Source: Somniosus microcephalus
Taxonomy: Eukaryota
Assembly (NCBI GenBank): GCA_052327205.1
Contig: CM126233.1
Span: 32,488,001 to 32,552,000, forward strand
Direction: 5' to 3'
DNA: 64,000 nt
A program made the translations under genes and the position numbers. The notes under the pieces are model-generated. The model was given only the letters and a program-made list of their open reading frames with translations. It was not told where the DNA came from and ran no database searches. Positions 12,520 through 23,269 of this stretch are shown in pieces (position 1 is the stretch's first letter; each line of letters opens with the position of its first letter).

Positions 12520-12706
12520 AATAGAATTTACAGCACAGAAACAGGCCATTCGGCCCCTCCAACCCTACTAGCATATTCCCTTCTCCCTCATGTGTTTATG
12601 TAGCCTCCCCTTAAATGTATCTATACTATTCTCCTCAACCACTCCCTGTGGTAGCGAGTTCCACATTCTCATCACTCTCTGGGTAAAGATGTTTCTCTTG
12701 AATTCC
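12520..12706 (-). mobile_element. CR1 LINE 3' fragment
   Basis: acagcacagaaacaggccattcggccc tail and ttccacattctcatcactctctgggtaaag body. Confidence 0.75.
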
Positions 12707-13422
12707 GATTAAGAACATCACTGAAATCATACACAGATCCTCCATCACAACGAATATCTCCAACACACGGCGGTCAGAGCGGGTTGCAGGATTTCCAATA
12801 TATAACCTTGCAAAAAAAAAACTCGCGCCCGGTCACAATAGGTCGGTCAGTGACGCGCAGGGAGGGCTTCACTCGGGAGGTCCGATTCGAACTCGATTGC
12901 ATGTTCAAAAGATTTTTTTTTCATGTAGCAGAAGCTACGAGTTTGCTCAATTGTAATTGTAAATCGTATAAATTGTGAGAGCCCAGGGTTCTAGGGATGT
13001 TTGAAAATCAGTACAGACTGCGCGGTATAAATGTGAAACATTAATTAGAGTTATGGTGTAACTTGACACTTTAAACATTATTAAACGCGAAGCGTAAACA
13101 GGCCTAGAACCTGAGGTTACTACATGAAATATAATCATGTATGCATGTTCTATATTTTATACCGAAGGGTGAAAACCGCATCAAATATGGATTACTTAGA
13201 ATAATCTCGATGCAAATGAAATATGAACGTGTTAATGGAGTAAAGCAATCAACCTTCGATTGATTGCTTAAACCGTAATCAATTATCATTTTACTGCTTT
13301 CCCCCGTTAAAACTCAAGTGCTCAGCCCCTGAATATATATTTTTACGCTTTAGCTTCAGATCTAATATATGTGCGTGTGTGAAGTAGAGAGAGATAATTG
13401 TGCGGTTATATAAATATGTGAT

Positions 13423-13606
13423 GACAACTTGTATTTATATAGCGCCATCCAGGTAGTAAAACGTCCCCAAGGCGCTGCACAGGAGCGATTATCAAACAAA
13501 GTGACATCGAGTCACATGAGGAGATATTCGGACAGGTAGCTAAAAGCTTGGTCAAAGAGGTAGGTTTGAAGCAGCGTCTTAAAGGGGGAAGAGAGATTTA
13601 GGGATG
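13423..13606 (-). mobile_element. L2 LINE 3' fragment
   Basis: acaacttgtatttatatagcgcc...aaaagcttggtcaaagaggtaggttt. Confidence 0.8.
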
Positions 13607-14801
13607 TGTTTCTACAAATTAAATGTAATTCTTTTATAGTACAAGTTGTATATTATCTTATATCCCTTTGAAGCATATGCAGATTGCAAGCGCACACACA
13701 CACACAACATTCTCAGAGCACACACAGGTGCAATTTATGGCCATGTACCACACACATAATCCATGTTAAATATGGCTCGATTTGTTACAAACAAGCACAC
13801 ATGTGATATGCACTCCAGCAAGTGCAGAGACGAACAGTCTTTACTTCAATTTCGTCCCGACAGTTTACTCCATCCACCACCTCGTCAAATAGATTCCAGT
13901 TTGCAACTGGGAATTCCATTACACCGTAAAACAGGGACTAGAAAGTCCTGGCGATTTTTTTTGGTAAGATTTCAAACACAATCCTTGAATACTTCATGTA
14001 AAATGATTGCTGAATTCTGGGATCTCTAAAACACTCGGGGAGGTTCTGATATTGGATTCTAGGAGGTGGAAATCCCAAGTTTTACTGGAGTGCATGTGCT
14101 CGATTGCTTTGATTGTGTGTTTTTTTTTTCGCCACAAAAGCCTTGGGGACATTTCAGTCACCGCAACTTACTGTTTCGGAAATAGCCGGAGGGTGGGTGG
14201 GGGAGTCTATTTTTAAAAGGAAAGAATCTAAATCGAATAGAGCGTGGAACCAACTCAGAATACTTCAAGCACACACACACACCGTCAGCGCAGAATAAAG
14301 GGAGCTCTCCCGAACGAAAAAGGGGGAAAATTGCGCACAAACGGGTACATTCCGACATTTCGAAAACATCCCAGGGTTTAGGAAACGGTCCCCAACGTGC
14401 AGATAACGGGCAGCGCAGGGATCGCGGTCTTATCGAAATACAAAGGCCACAGCAATCAAATATAACGTGACCGCTAGTCAACCTTGCCTGGCCTCATAGC
14501 CGCTTTGTCTCGCCCCGAACGCCACATTCACCCCTCTTTCCTCTGTTACAGTCAGTGCAGCCACAGAGTTTATTACTCGAAGAAACCGTTATTTTCTACC
14601 CCTATCTCTTTCCCACTTATATCTTTACATTTGATAACATGTAATAAAGGCGAGCGTTGTTTTTGAAGCCACCGATGATCCAAAGGCTTTCCCCTCACCC
14701 CCCTAGCACTGGGCGGCACTGTGCACAGCTAAACTGTGTTAGAATTTTGTACCCACTGAGGCCAATCACCAACCGCACAGACTTAAAGGGGGCCCGCAGC
14801 G

Positions 14802-15145
14802 AGAAGAAAGACTTGCATTTCTATAGCGCCTTTCGCCACCTTAGGACGTCCCAAAGCGCTTTACAGCCAATGAAGTACTTTTTGAAGTGTAGTCACTGTT
14901 GTAATGTAGGAAACGGGGCAGCAAATATGCGCACAGCAAGCTCCCACAAACAGCAATGTGATAATGACCAGATAATCTATTTCTGTGATGCTGAATGAAT
15001 GATAAATATTGACACGACAACTCTCCTGCTCTTTTTTGAAATAGTGCCCTGGGATCTTTTACATCCACCCGAGGGGACAGACAGGGTTTAATGCCTCATC
15101 CAAAAGGCTGTACTTTTGAAGTGTAGTCACTGTTGCAATGTAGGA
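14802..15145 (-). mobile_element. DeuSINE, partial, with a duplicated tail segment
   Basis: Matches the full copy at 30338-30801; tacttttgaagtgtagtcactgttg recurs near 15110. Confidence 0.8.
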
Positions 15146-15329
15146 ATCCAGTGGCAGTTTCGCAAACTAAGTTTTCTTTAACTTTGCTCAGCCAACAATC
15201 CTGGCATTTGTATTTCTCCCTAATCCGAACATCCATTGCTCAGCTAATCATTTATTTATTTTCTCTAGTTTTCCCACATTCACCCAACAAACACTTCCGG
15301 TATGAACCAGACACAAAACAAATAAGTTC

Positions 15330-15655
15330 CCGATGGCGGGGGAGTCCAGAACCAGGGGTCACAGTCTAAGGATAAGGGGTAAGCCATTTAGGACAGAGAT
15401 GAGGAGGAATTTCTTCACCCAGAGAGTGGTGAACCTGTGGAATTCTCTACCACAGAAGGCAGTTGAGGCCAATTCATTAAATATATTCAAGAAGGAGTTG
15501 GATATATTTCTTAAGGCTAAAGGGATCAAGGGATATGGGGAGAAAGCAGGGACAGGGTACTGAATTTGGATGATCAGCCATGATCTCATTGAATGACGGA
15601 GCAGGCTCGAGGGGCCGAATGGCCTACTCCTGCTCCTATCTTCTATGTTTCTATG
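15330..15655 (+). mobile_element. CR1 LINE 3' fragment
   Basis: SRTRGHSLRI...RRNFFTQRVVNLWNSLP C-terminus followed by a ttctatgt tail. Confidence 0.9.
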
Positions 15656-16484
15656 GAGCAAATACGCCGCCTGAGATGACTGGGACCCCTCCCTCCATCT
15701 AAAACATACACTAAACTCTAACACAACCTCTCTTCGCTATTGTTGTCCCTGAGTTCCTGATCGTTCAGTGTTTTGCATGGTAATTATCTGACTGTAATAT
15801 AATTATTAATTTTATCCTGTTACATTTGGCTTCTGAAATCATACGAAAATGCAGCATTGATCGGGAGGTACAAAATATCAGAACGGCTCACTGCCAGTCA
15901 GCACCCCGCACAAAGCTCAAGGTAGAACCTTTGCCAGTTATATGCAGAGGGCTCTATCTTACACATAAATACGGTAAACGCTCACCACTACCAGTATAAG
16001 TTAAATGGGGGTCTTGTGTATGTGTAGAGAAAACCTAAACGCGTTTTTCCTAAAGCGGTTTAGGATTTGGTTACAGAGAGGTAAACCTCCCCAGTGCATC
16101 TGAAAGAATAAATCCTCTGGATCACCCTTCCGCTAAAAGTTCCCACTCACCCAGGCTGTAGATTCACGGATGTCCCTTTCCAGGTTAATGTTAAAGGGAC
16201 ACTTTACAAAGCATGCCTGACAGTCAAGATCCCACAGATCCAATAAGAGATAAGCGGGAACGCTGTCCGAAGCGAGCTGATCTGAGAATACTGGGCTTCA
16301 ATGCTAAATAGTTGCGGAATTATGACCGTCACTTCAACAAGGTGAAGCGGGAGTGACCCGTTTGGAACATTCAATGATAAAGTACAATGTATCATTAGAT
16401 CAGGTGGATGGATGGTCTTAGTTTGGGTGCAATCCGGATAAGATGCGTTGAGAACATTTTGATTCTGTTATACGCGGGGAGAGA

Positions 16485-16590
16485 GAAAGACTTGCATTTA
16501 TATAGCGCCTTTCACGACCGCAGGACGTCCCAAAGCGTTTTACAGCCTTATTGACTTAGGTTTCGACGTGTAGTCACGGTTATAATGTAA
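16485..16590 (-). mobile_element. DeuSINE 3' fragment
   Basis: aaagacttgcatttatatagcgcctttcacgacc tail. Confidence 0.75.
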
Positions 16591-16642
16591 GGGTGGAGGA
16601 GAGAGTATTCTCTCTGCCTTCGATCTAGTTCCTTTTCTCTCC

Positions 16643-16677
16643 AGTTCTGAAGAAGGGTCAAACCCGAAACGTCAACT
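16643..16677 (+). ncRNA. Minimal type I hammerhead ribozyme motif in a PLE-derived repeat (repeat ~16630-16742)
   Basis: AGTT-CTGAAGA-A-GGGT(CAA)ACCC-GAAA-CG-TC^AACT: stem I agtt/aact, stem II gggt/accc, palindromic ACGT stem III, GUC cleavage triplet. Confidence 0.7.
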
Positions 16678-18028
16678 CAAATTTCTCTCCACGGATGTTG
16701 CCTGACTTGCTGAGTTTTTCCAGCATTTTCTGTTGTTATTTCTTTTACAATGCTTGTCCCATTTCGTTCGAAATAGCGCGAGTGGAAATCTAGCGACACT
16801 GAGGCGTCAGACACGCGGAATTGGAGGTGTTAACCTACACACGGTTACTTGGGGTGATGTGTAGGCAGACAAAAATGTGTCCCGATTTCCCATGATAAAC
16901 GCATTGCTCGAAGGAGTTTGTTCTGTATTTCTAGCGAAATCCTGCAGGAAATCTCCCTGAAAAGATTAGCTCTGTAGCTACATAAAGCCCCCACACCCCG
17001 AGGAATCCTTACTCCCCTGGTGCAGTGTTGCGGACACAACACTCAAAGCCCGTCCCAAAGCAGAGAACCCAACGCCCAGGAATGAGAAAGCCCTTTCAGT
17101 CCTTCCTATGTCGCCTGCTGTCCGAGTGGGCATCCTATCAGATGCCACCAAGTTTCACCTCCTCATTTTATCAAAAAAAAAACCCTCAATGGTCTGCCTT
17201 CTTTGATCCAATTCAGACCAGAAATGGATCAAATCTCCAATTCGAAGACTGCCGTGGCGTTTCGACTTTTATTTTGTCCAGGCGAGTTTTTGAGATCTGA
17301 AGGCTGGAGTTTATTTTGCAATCTGTTCCCCATCGCAGACAAAGCAACGGCGGGTTGGAACAGCTATGGAACGGATGGGCAGGATTAGATCTGCTTTCTT
17401 CCTGACTATATCAGGTGTCATTTGATTCATACCAACACTTGTATCAAACTATTACCGAATTGTAATGTGGCATGTAATTAAAGCCTTAGTTACCGGATTT
17501 GCGGGAGCATAAACTGCATATTTTAAAATCCTTTTAAATCTGCCCATATTTCACCTGTCGTTTACAAAGCACAGACGCGACCCGATGAGAGGTATACAGT
17601 TACTCAAATTTTCAATGGAAGTTTGAGAACTAGAACACGTCAGAACTATACAAGCCGGGTTAATTCATTCATTAAAAAACCCCACAAGCGAGGCACACGA
17701 AGGAATCCGAAATAAAATGAGAAAATGCACTTTCGGCCCGTCAGTATCTGAAAACAGGCAGCTCCGGTGACTGCAGAACTCAAACTGAAGGATTCCGCAT
17801 GCATTGCCCTCTCTCCGGTACATGTTCCCAGTCAGGACGATGCGCGGAATCTCAGCAGTCGTTTCAGTAAATGTTCATTTTGCTATCTGATCCTATTTTG
17901 TGTCCAGCTTCTGATTTGTGCGCTCTCTCCCCACCCCCCTGCTCCCCACAAAGCAAACCCCGAAAATCCCACATCTTGATTCTCCACTTGCTGTCAGTTC
18001 CCTCTGATCCCCTGTCAATCTGGATTCG

Positions 18029-18195
18029 TGTAAGAAGTCACGCAACACCAGGTTATAGTCCAACAGCTTTATTTGAAATCACAAGCTTTCGGAGCGCTGC
18101 TCCTTCGTCAGCTGTTGGACTATAACCTGGTGTTGTGTGACTTCTTACATTTGTCCACCCCAGTCCAACTCCGGCATCTCCACACCATGGCTACT
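18029..18195 (-). mobile_element. Penelope pLTR-derived mini-element with inverted arms and a hammerhead core
   Basis: 39-bp inverted arms at 18029-18067 and 18111-18149. Minus strand reads CTGACGA-A-GGAGC(AGC)GCTCC-GAAA-GCTT-GTG. 11-bp TSD atctggattcg at 18018-18028 and 18196-18206. Homologous to 21040-21123. Confidence 0.85.
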
Positions 18196-20073
18196 ATCTG
18201 GATTCGCTCTCTCCTGGATGTTCCGATTTACGAGATTAATCTGGATCCGTCCAGACGATTTGCAAGTGTCCCTCTGACACAACATCAGCAGCTCCCATCT
18301 AATCAATACTTCTGCTCCCTTTTATGTCACCAATACCACTGCAGCCGGCAAATAATTAAGCCTTTAAAGCCCCCCAACGCCTGCTTAAAGGACTTTAATC
18401 GTCTTTTAATTGAAATCAGCGCTGAATTTTCAAGCCACTCTACATCTTAAATTCACTCAAGAACAGGACTTCGCCCACACGGGTCACAGCGGCGGGTTCA
18501 CCAGAGCAGGTGCTGAGACTCCGGGCTGGGAACTCACAGTCCCTTACAGTTTCAGCCTATCCCCTTTCAGGCTCAGTTTGAAAAGTTAGGTGTTTATTAT
18601 CATGTAATATAAATCACAACAAATTTAAATGGTGAGCCAGTGGATCCCTTAGAAACTAGGAACGTAATTAATGTCCTTTTTTAGACGGAGATTTTTTATT
18701 AGGCAGTTCTTACTATATCAGAACGCCTGCTGCAAGGTTCTCGATTTTAACCCGTCTCCTGAAGTCAATCTTTTTTTTTAAATTAAGCAAATCCCACGCT
18801 GCCCATAAGCAAACTGCACGCATTTTATATTACCTCGGGCGAAACTGGCACATTTTCTGGCAATCTCTCAACGTTAACCGTCGCCCTTGTTCTCGCCTCG
18901 GTAATTCTGCGGTCACTCAACACCTGACTTCAGTTCCCGCACTTCTCAAAAGTGACCCAAACTTCCCCGCCAATGCCCTTTGATGCTCAGTTTCCAGCAC
19001 CCGCAGTATTTTTTGCTTTGCGACTTCTAGGTTTATAGACCAGTTGATTATATCAAAACGGTCGATTTCGAAGCAACCCCCCCCTCGCGGGACCCTGATG
19101 TTTGTGCTACACAAAAACACAAGACAAAATATAAAGGCTGAGCGCGTCACAGATTATTCAACCCGTTTATTTATCTGAATCGGATCGATTAGCGTTTGAG
19201 TTACTGTTGGCTTTCACGACCAACAAGTCAAAACCCGAGTACTTTATATGTATATAGCCTACTTGCAGAATGGAAATTTATCAAAAGTCACTTTCCCTTT
19301 TCCGTATCCTAACGGGGTCCGGATTTAAATTGGCGCGGCGGAGATTTTTCAATATCCTGTCGGCGCTAGGACCCAGAGGAAGCTAATTTTTTTTGCACCT
19401 CCCGCCTCCGATCAGTTTCACCCCTTTCCCATCCTTGGGAACTTTGTCTACACCCAGGGGTCGCGCGTTCACTGACATTTCTCGGTGTTAAAACACTCCA
19501 GCTAACCTTGCAGTTCATGCAAGTAGTTTAAGGAGGTTACTGCAGGGGAGATAGAGGAGCCCCGAGTCAAGGTACTAATATGAGACAGTAACTGTGCGAG
19601 AGTATATTGAAGAATGTGAAATCATTCAACCAAATAATCACCTCTCTCCAAACACACACACCTTTCAGGATTAAACTAGTGGAACTTGAAGTCACAATCG
19701 TGACCTGCAGATGTGGTTTGATCCCTCCATTGCACACCAGCATTTTCACTGTCTGACTTAAGGAGATCAGTAGGAAACCAGCAATGGCTGGAAGAGAACA
19801 GTCACACTCCCGACGCGGGCTGTTTTATTTAACCGCAGGTCTGAGCAAACCACTTCTAAAGCTGGGCAACAGAGGAACTTCTGAAGTCAGAAGTGGTCAG
19901 ATTGTTGGGCCCGGTTGGTCACGACGCGGTTTAATAGAGAGACCGATTGCATTCCCTTCCAATTGACACCAGCACCCCCACCCACCCCCTCCAGGCAACT
20001 TGCAAATCGTTGTATCATAGCAACAATTTTTCAAGAATAAATGATAAACCAGGAATGCAGCAAATCTATAATA

Positions 20074-21123
20074 TCCCCGGAGCGGAGAAACTACGCCAAG
20101 TTCTTCGCAGCCTTCAACATGTCATCGATGACGACGAACACCTCGCTAAGGCCATCCCCACGCCTCCACTACTCGCTTTCAAACAGCCGCCTAACCTCAA
20201 ACAGACCATCGTTCGCAGCAAATTACCCAGCTTCCAGGAGAACAGCGACCACGACACCACACAACCCTGCCACAGCAACCTCTGCAAGACATGCCAGATC
20301 ATCAACACAGATACCATCATCACACGTGAGGACACCGCCCACCAGGTACATGGTACATACTCATGTGACTCGGCCAACGTTGTCTACCTCATACGTTGCA
20401 GGAAAGGATGCCCCGGAGCATGGTACATCGGCGAGACCATGCAGACACTGCGACAACGGATGAACGGACACCGCGCAACAATCACCAGGCAGGAGTGTTC
20501 CCTCCCAGTCGGGGAACACTTCAGCAGTCAAGGACATTCAGCCTCCGATCTTCGGGTAAGCATTCTCCAAAGTGGCCTTCGAGACACACGACAACGCAAA
20601 ATCGTCGAGCAGAAACTGATAGCCAAGTTCCGCACCCATGAGGACGGCCTTAACCGAGATCTTGGGTTCATGTCACGCTACATGTAACCCCACCTGATGC
20701 AGGGTCATCCAGACTCGAGTCGACATTGGCTTGTTCTCTCTAAACAGATGCGGCTGGACCTGCTGTGATTTCCAGCCAAAAAAAAAAAATGTTTTTTGTC
20801 TGTTTTTTTGTTTTTCATACAGACCCCGGCATCTGCAATATTTTACCTCTTGTGACCCCACCTCATTGTTCTTTGATGTAATGTTTCCCTGACTGACCTG
20901 TTTGAACACCATTCACACCTTTGACTGCTGTGATTATCTCTCTGCCGAGGTGCGATAAATGGCAGTTGGAAAGGTTACCTGTAAACATCTGACATGATTC
21001 TCTGACTATATAAGCTGTGCCTTTATGCATTTCTCCATTTCACCTGAAGAAGGAGCAGCGCTCCAAAAGCTTGTGATTTCAAATAAAGCTGTTGGACTAT
21101 AACCTGGTGTGTGATTTCTTACA
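20074..21123 (+). mobile_element. 5'-truncated Penelope-like retroelement (GIY-YIG endonuclease, 3'UTR, pLTR with hammerhead)
   Basis: NVVYLIRCRKGCPGAWYIGETMQTLRQRMNGH...EQKLIAKFRTHEDGLN is a PLE GIY-YIG domain. Hammerhead at 21040-21076 has GAAA changed to AAAA. Candidate TSD tataata at 20067-20073 and 21124-21130. Confidence 0.92.
20696..20850 (+). mobile_element. Second PLE-derived short element nested just after the Penelope stop codon
   Basis: Starts at a degenerate hammerhead core (ctgatgcagggtc...), contains gacctgctgtgatttccagc, and is flanked by tgt(a/g)accccacct at 20683-20695 and 20851-20863. Confidence 0.65.
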
Positions 21124-21386
21124 TATAATAAACCCAGCAGAGTTCGTTCCCTGTCATTCAGCAGCGATTAAGTTACAGATTTGTTCTCGCCTCCCCCAAT
21201 TGGCAACCTTCACATCTCAGACCAATGGAGTGTGTGGGTTTATGAGACCGCCCGCCCGCCCGGGCCCCACTCTTGCAGTTCAGAGTATCATCGGATGCGC
21301 CCCTCACCCGTGGGATTACGTTCGTGTAAGTAATCCCACTTAGTTGTTTTGTCCCTCTCTTGTCCCCCTCCCGCCTAAACTGCAAA

Positions 21387-22551
21387 CAATTCAATTCAAT
21401 TCAATTCAAATTGCTTTATTGGCATGTAAGCATCAAAATACATTTATGGTTGAACACATAAACGCAGATCTATTCATACAGTGTATAAACAGATATATCC
21501 CTGAGTATATAAATATACATTCGCATAATTTATATATACTCTTTTCTTAGGTTTACTGGTTGTCCCTCTGTTTATGGCAAGCTGTAACATAGTGTGCCGC
21601 TAGTGTTACACAGTTTCTCTCTTCCCCTAGTAGGTATGGGAGTTTTTAGTCGTCATTCAAATTTCTGAATTCAGGGCATATTTGTAAGAATTTTTGGTAG
21701 AAATTCTCCCTGATGCCCTGATATTTTCCACAGGCTGTGAGGAAGTGCATCTCTGTCTCCACCACTCCCTGACTGCAGTGAGAGCATATCCTGTCCTCTC
21801 TTGGCAGCCTGGTCTGCCTGTGTCTGCCTTTTTCGATCGCCAGGCTATGTTCACTAAGTCTGTACCTTGTCAAGGTTTTTCTCAGTTTGTTATCCTTTAC
21901 CATGGTCAGGTACTCAGCCATGTTGTATTGTCTGTTTAGGGCCAAGTAGCAATTGAGTTTGCTTTGGGTTTTTGTTGTTTCTGCCCAATATGACAGGTAT
22001 TTTTCCTTTTGCTTAGTGACAATTGTGTTGGGTCGAATTCTCTGTGCTACGATGTCACTGTCCTGGGGCTGGTTATTGTTAGTATTGTTAGTGGTTGCTT
22101 CACTGAGTCCCAGGACTAGTTGACTGAGGGTGTTCTTCTTTATGGTCCTCTCTTGGCATTTCAAGGCTTCGTAATGATAGCAGTGGGGGTTGCTCATTTT
22201 TAGGTGTTTCCAAAATTTGGTGGCTCTTTTTTGGATAGTAATTATTAGTGGAAATTGGCCTAGTTCTGCCCTGCATGCATTGTTTACGGTTTTCCTTTGA
22301 GTCCGGAGGATACTTTTACAGAATTCTGCATGTAGGATCTCAATTGGGTGTTTGTCTCATTTTGCAAATTCTTGTTGTGTTAGCGGTCCCCACACTTCAC
22401 TGCCATAGAGTGCAATTGGTTCAATTACTGATTTGAAAATTTTGAGCCAAATGCTAATTGGGATTTCTATTTGGATTGATCTTTTAATGGCATAGAAAGC
22501 CCTTCTAGCTTTCTCTTTCAGTTCATTCACAGCCAGTTTGAAATTTCCCGT
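21387..22551 (-). mobile_element. RTE-X-like non-LTR retrotransposon 3' fragment
   Basis: Minus strand AVNELKEKARRAFYAIK...IEPIALYGSEVWG...TRYRLSEHSLAIEKGRH...CSHC...ETEMHFLTAC; tail gccaataaagcaattt(gaatt)n. Confidence 0.8.
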
Positions 22552-23269
22552 CCTGCATCCTACAGGGCCATGGACCCTCCTCCTCGCATTCCCATGGTGC
22601 TGAAACCTAGGATCATTGTCTCCTATTCAAATACGAACTCAAACTATCCAGGAACTCAACATTTTGCAATTCCCTTTCCTCCTACAACCTTCAGGCTTAA
22701 AAAAATACAATCCATGCCTGGCGTCACCCTAACCACCTCCCTGTTTAATGTTTTCTTACCTTCTGTTTTCAACCGTGACCTCAGCTCTTCCTATAATATT
22801 ACCGTATCCATCAGCTCACCGAGAATGTGCCCCTTCGGGTGTATATCCCTTTCTCCTGTCCACACCAGCTTCAATCTAGCCCCCCCGCTCTGGGCACCTA
22901 ATGGAAGGATAGCAAATTGAGCGAAAAATCCATAGATCTATCACTGCTATAATATGCCACAGTCATCAATTGTAAATTATTTCTTCCTAAGTTTGAAGCA
23001 ACTGCAGCATTAAAGGGGAGTCAACTCCACGGCTAAGTGCCATCACTAAGAGCTCAGTCACGGCCCCCCTCCCCACGGAGGCCTCTCAGAAACACTGTTG
23101 TTTCCCAGTTTTTGTAATTGTCCTCATTTCACTGTACTTCTCCACTGACAATGCCAAACACATGTCAGATAGATGGGAGGAGAGGAGAGGGATGGGGCCC
23201 GATGTCAGTGCCCAGAGGAAACCCTCAGCATTACCCACCCTACAGAGCAGGAATCTCTCTCCCTGCCAG

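Noticed and set aside
12820-12905. Pol III-like unit (minus-strand GTTCGAATC B box followed by a T run)
   Set aside because: No convincing A box or RNA structure.
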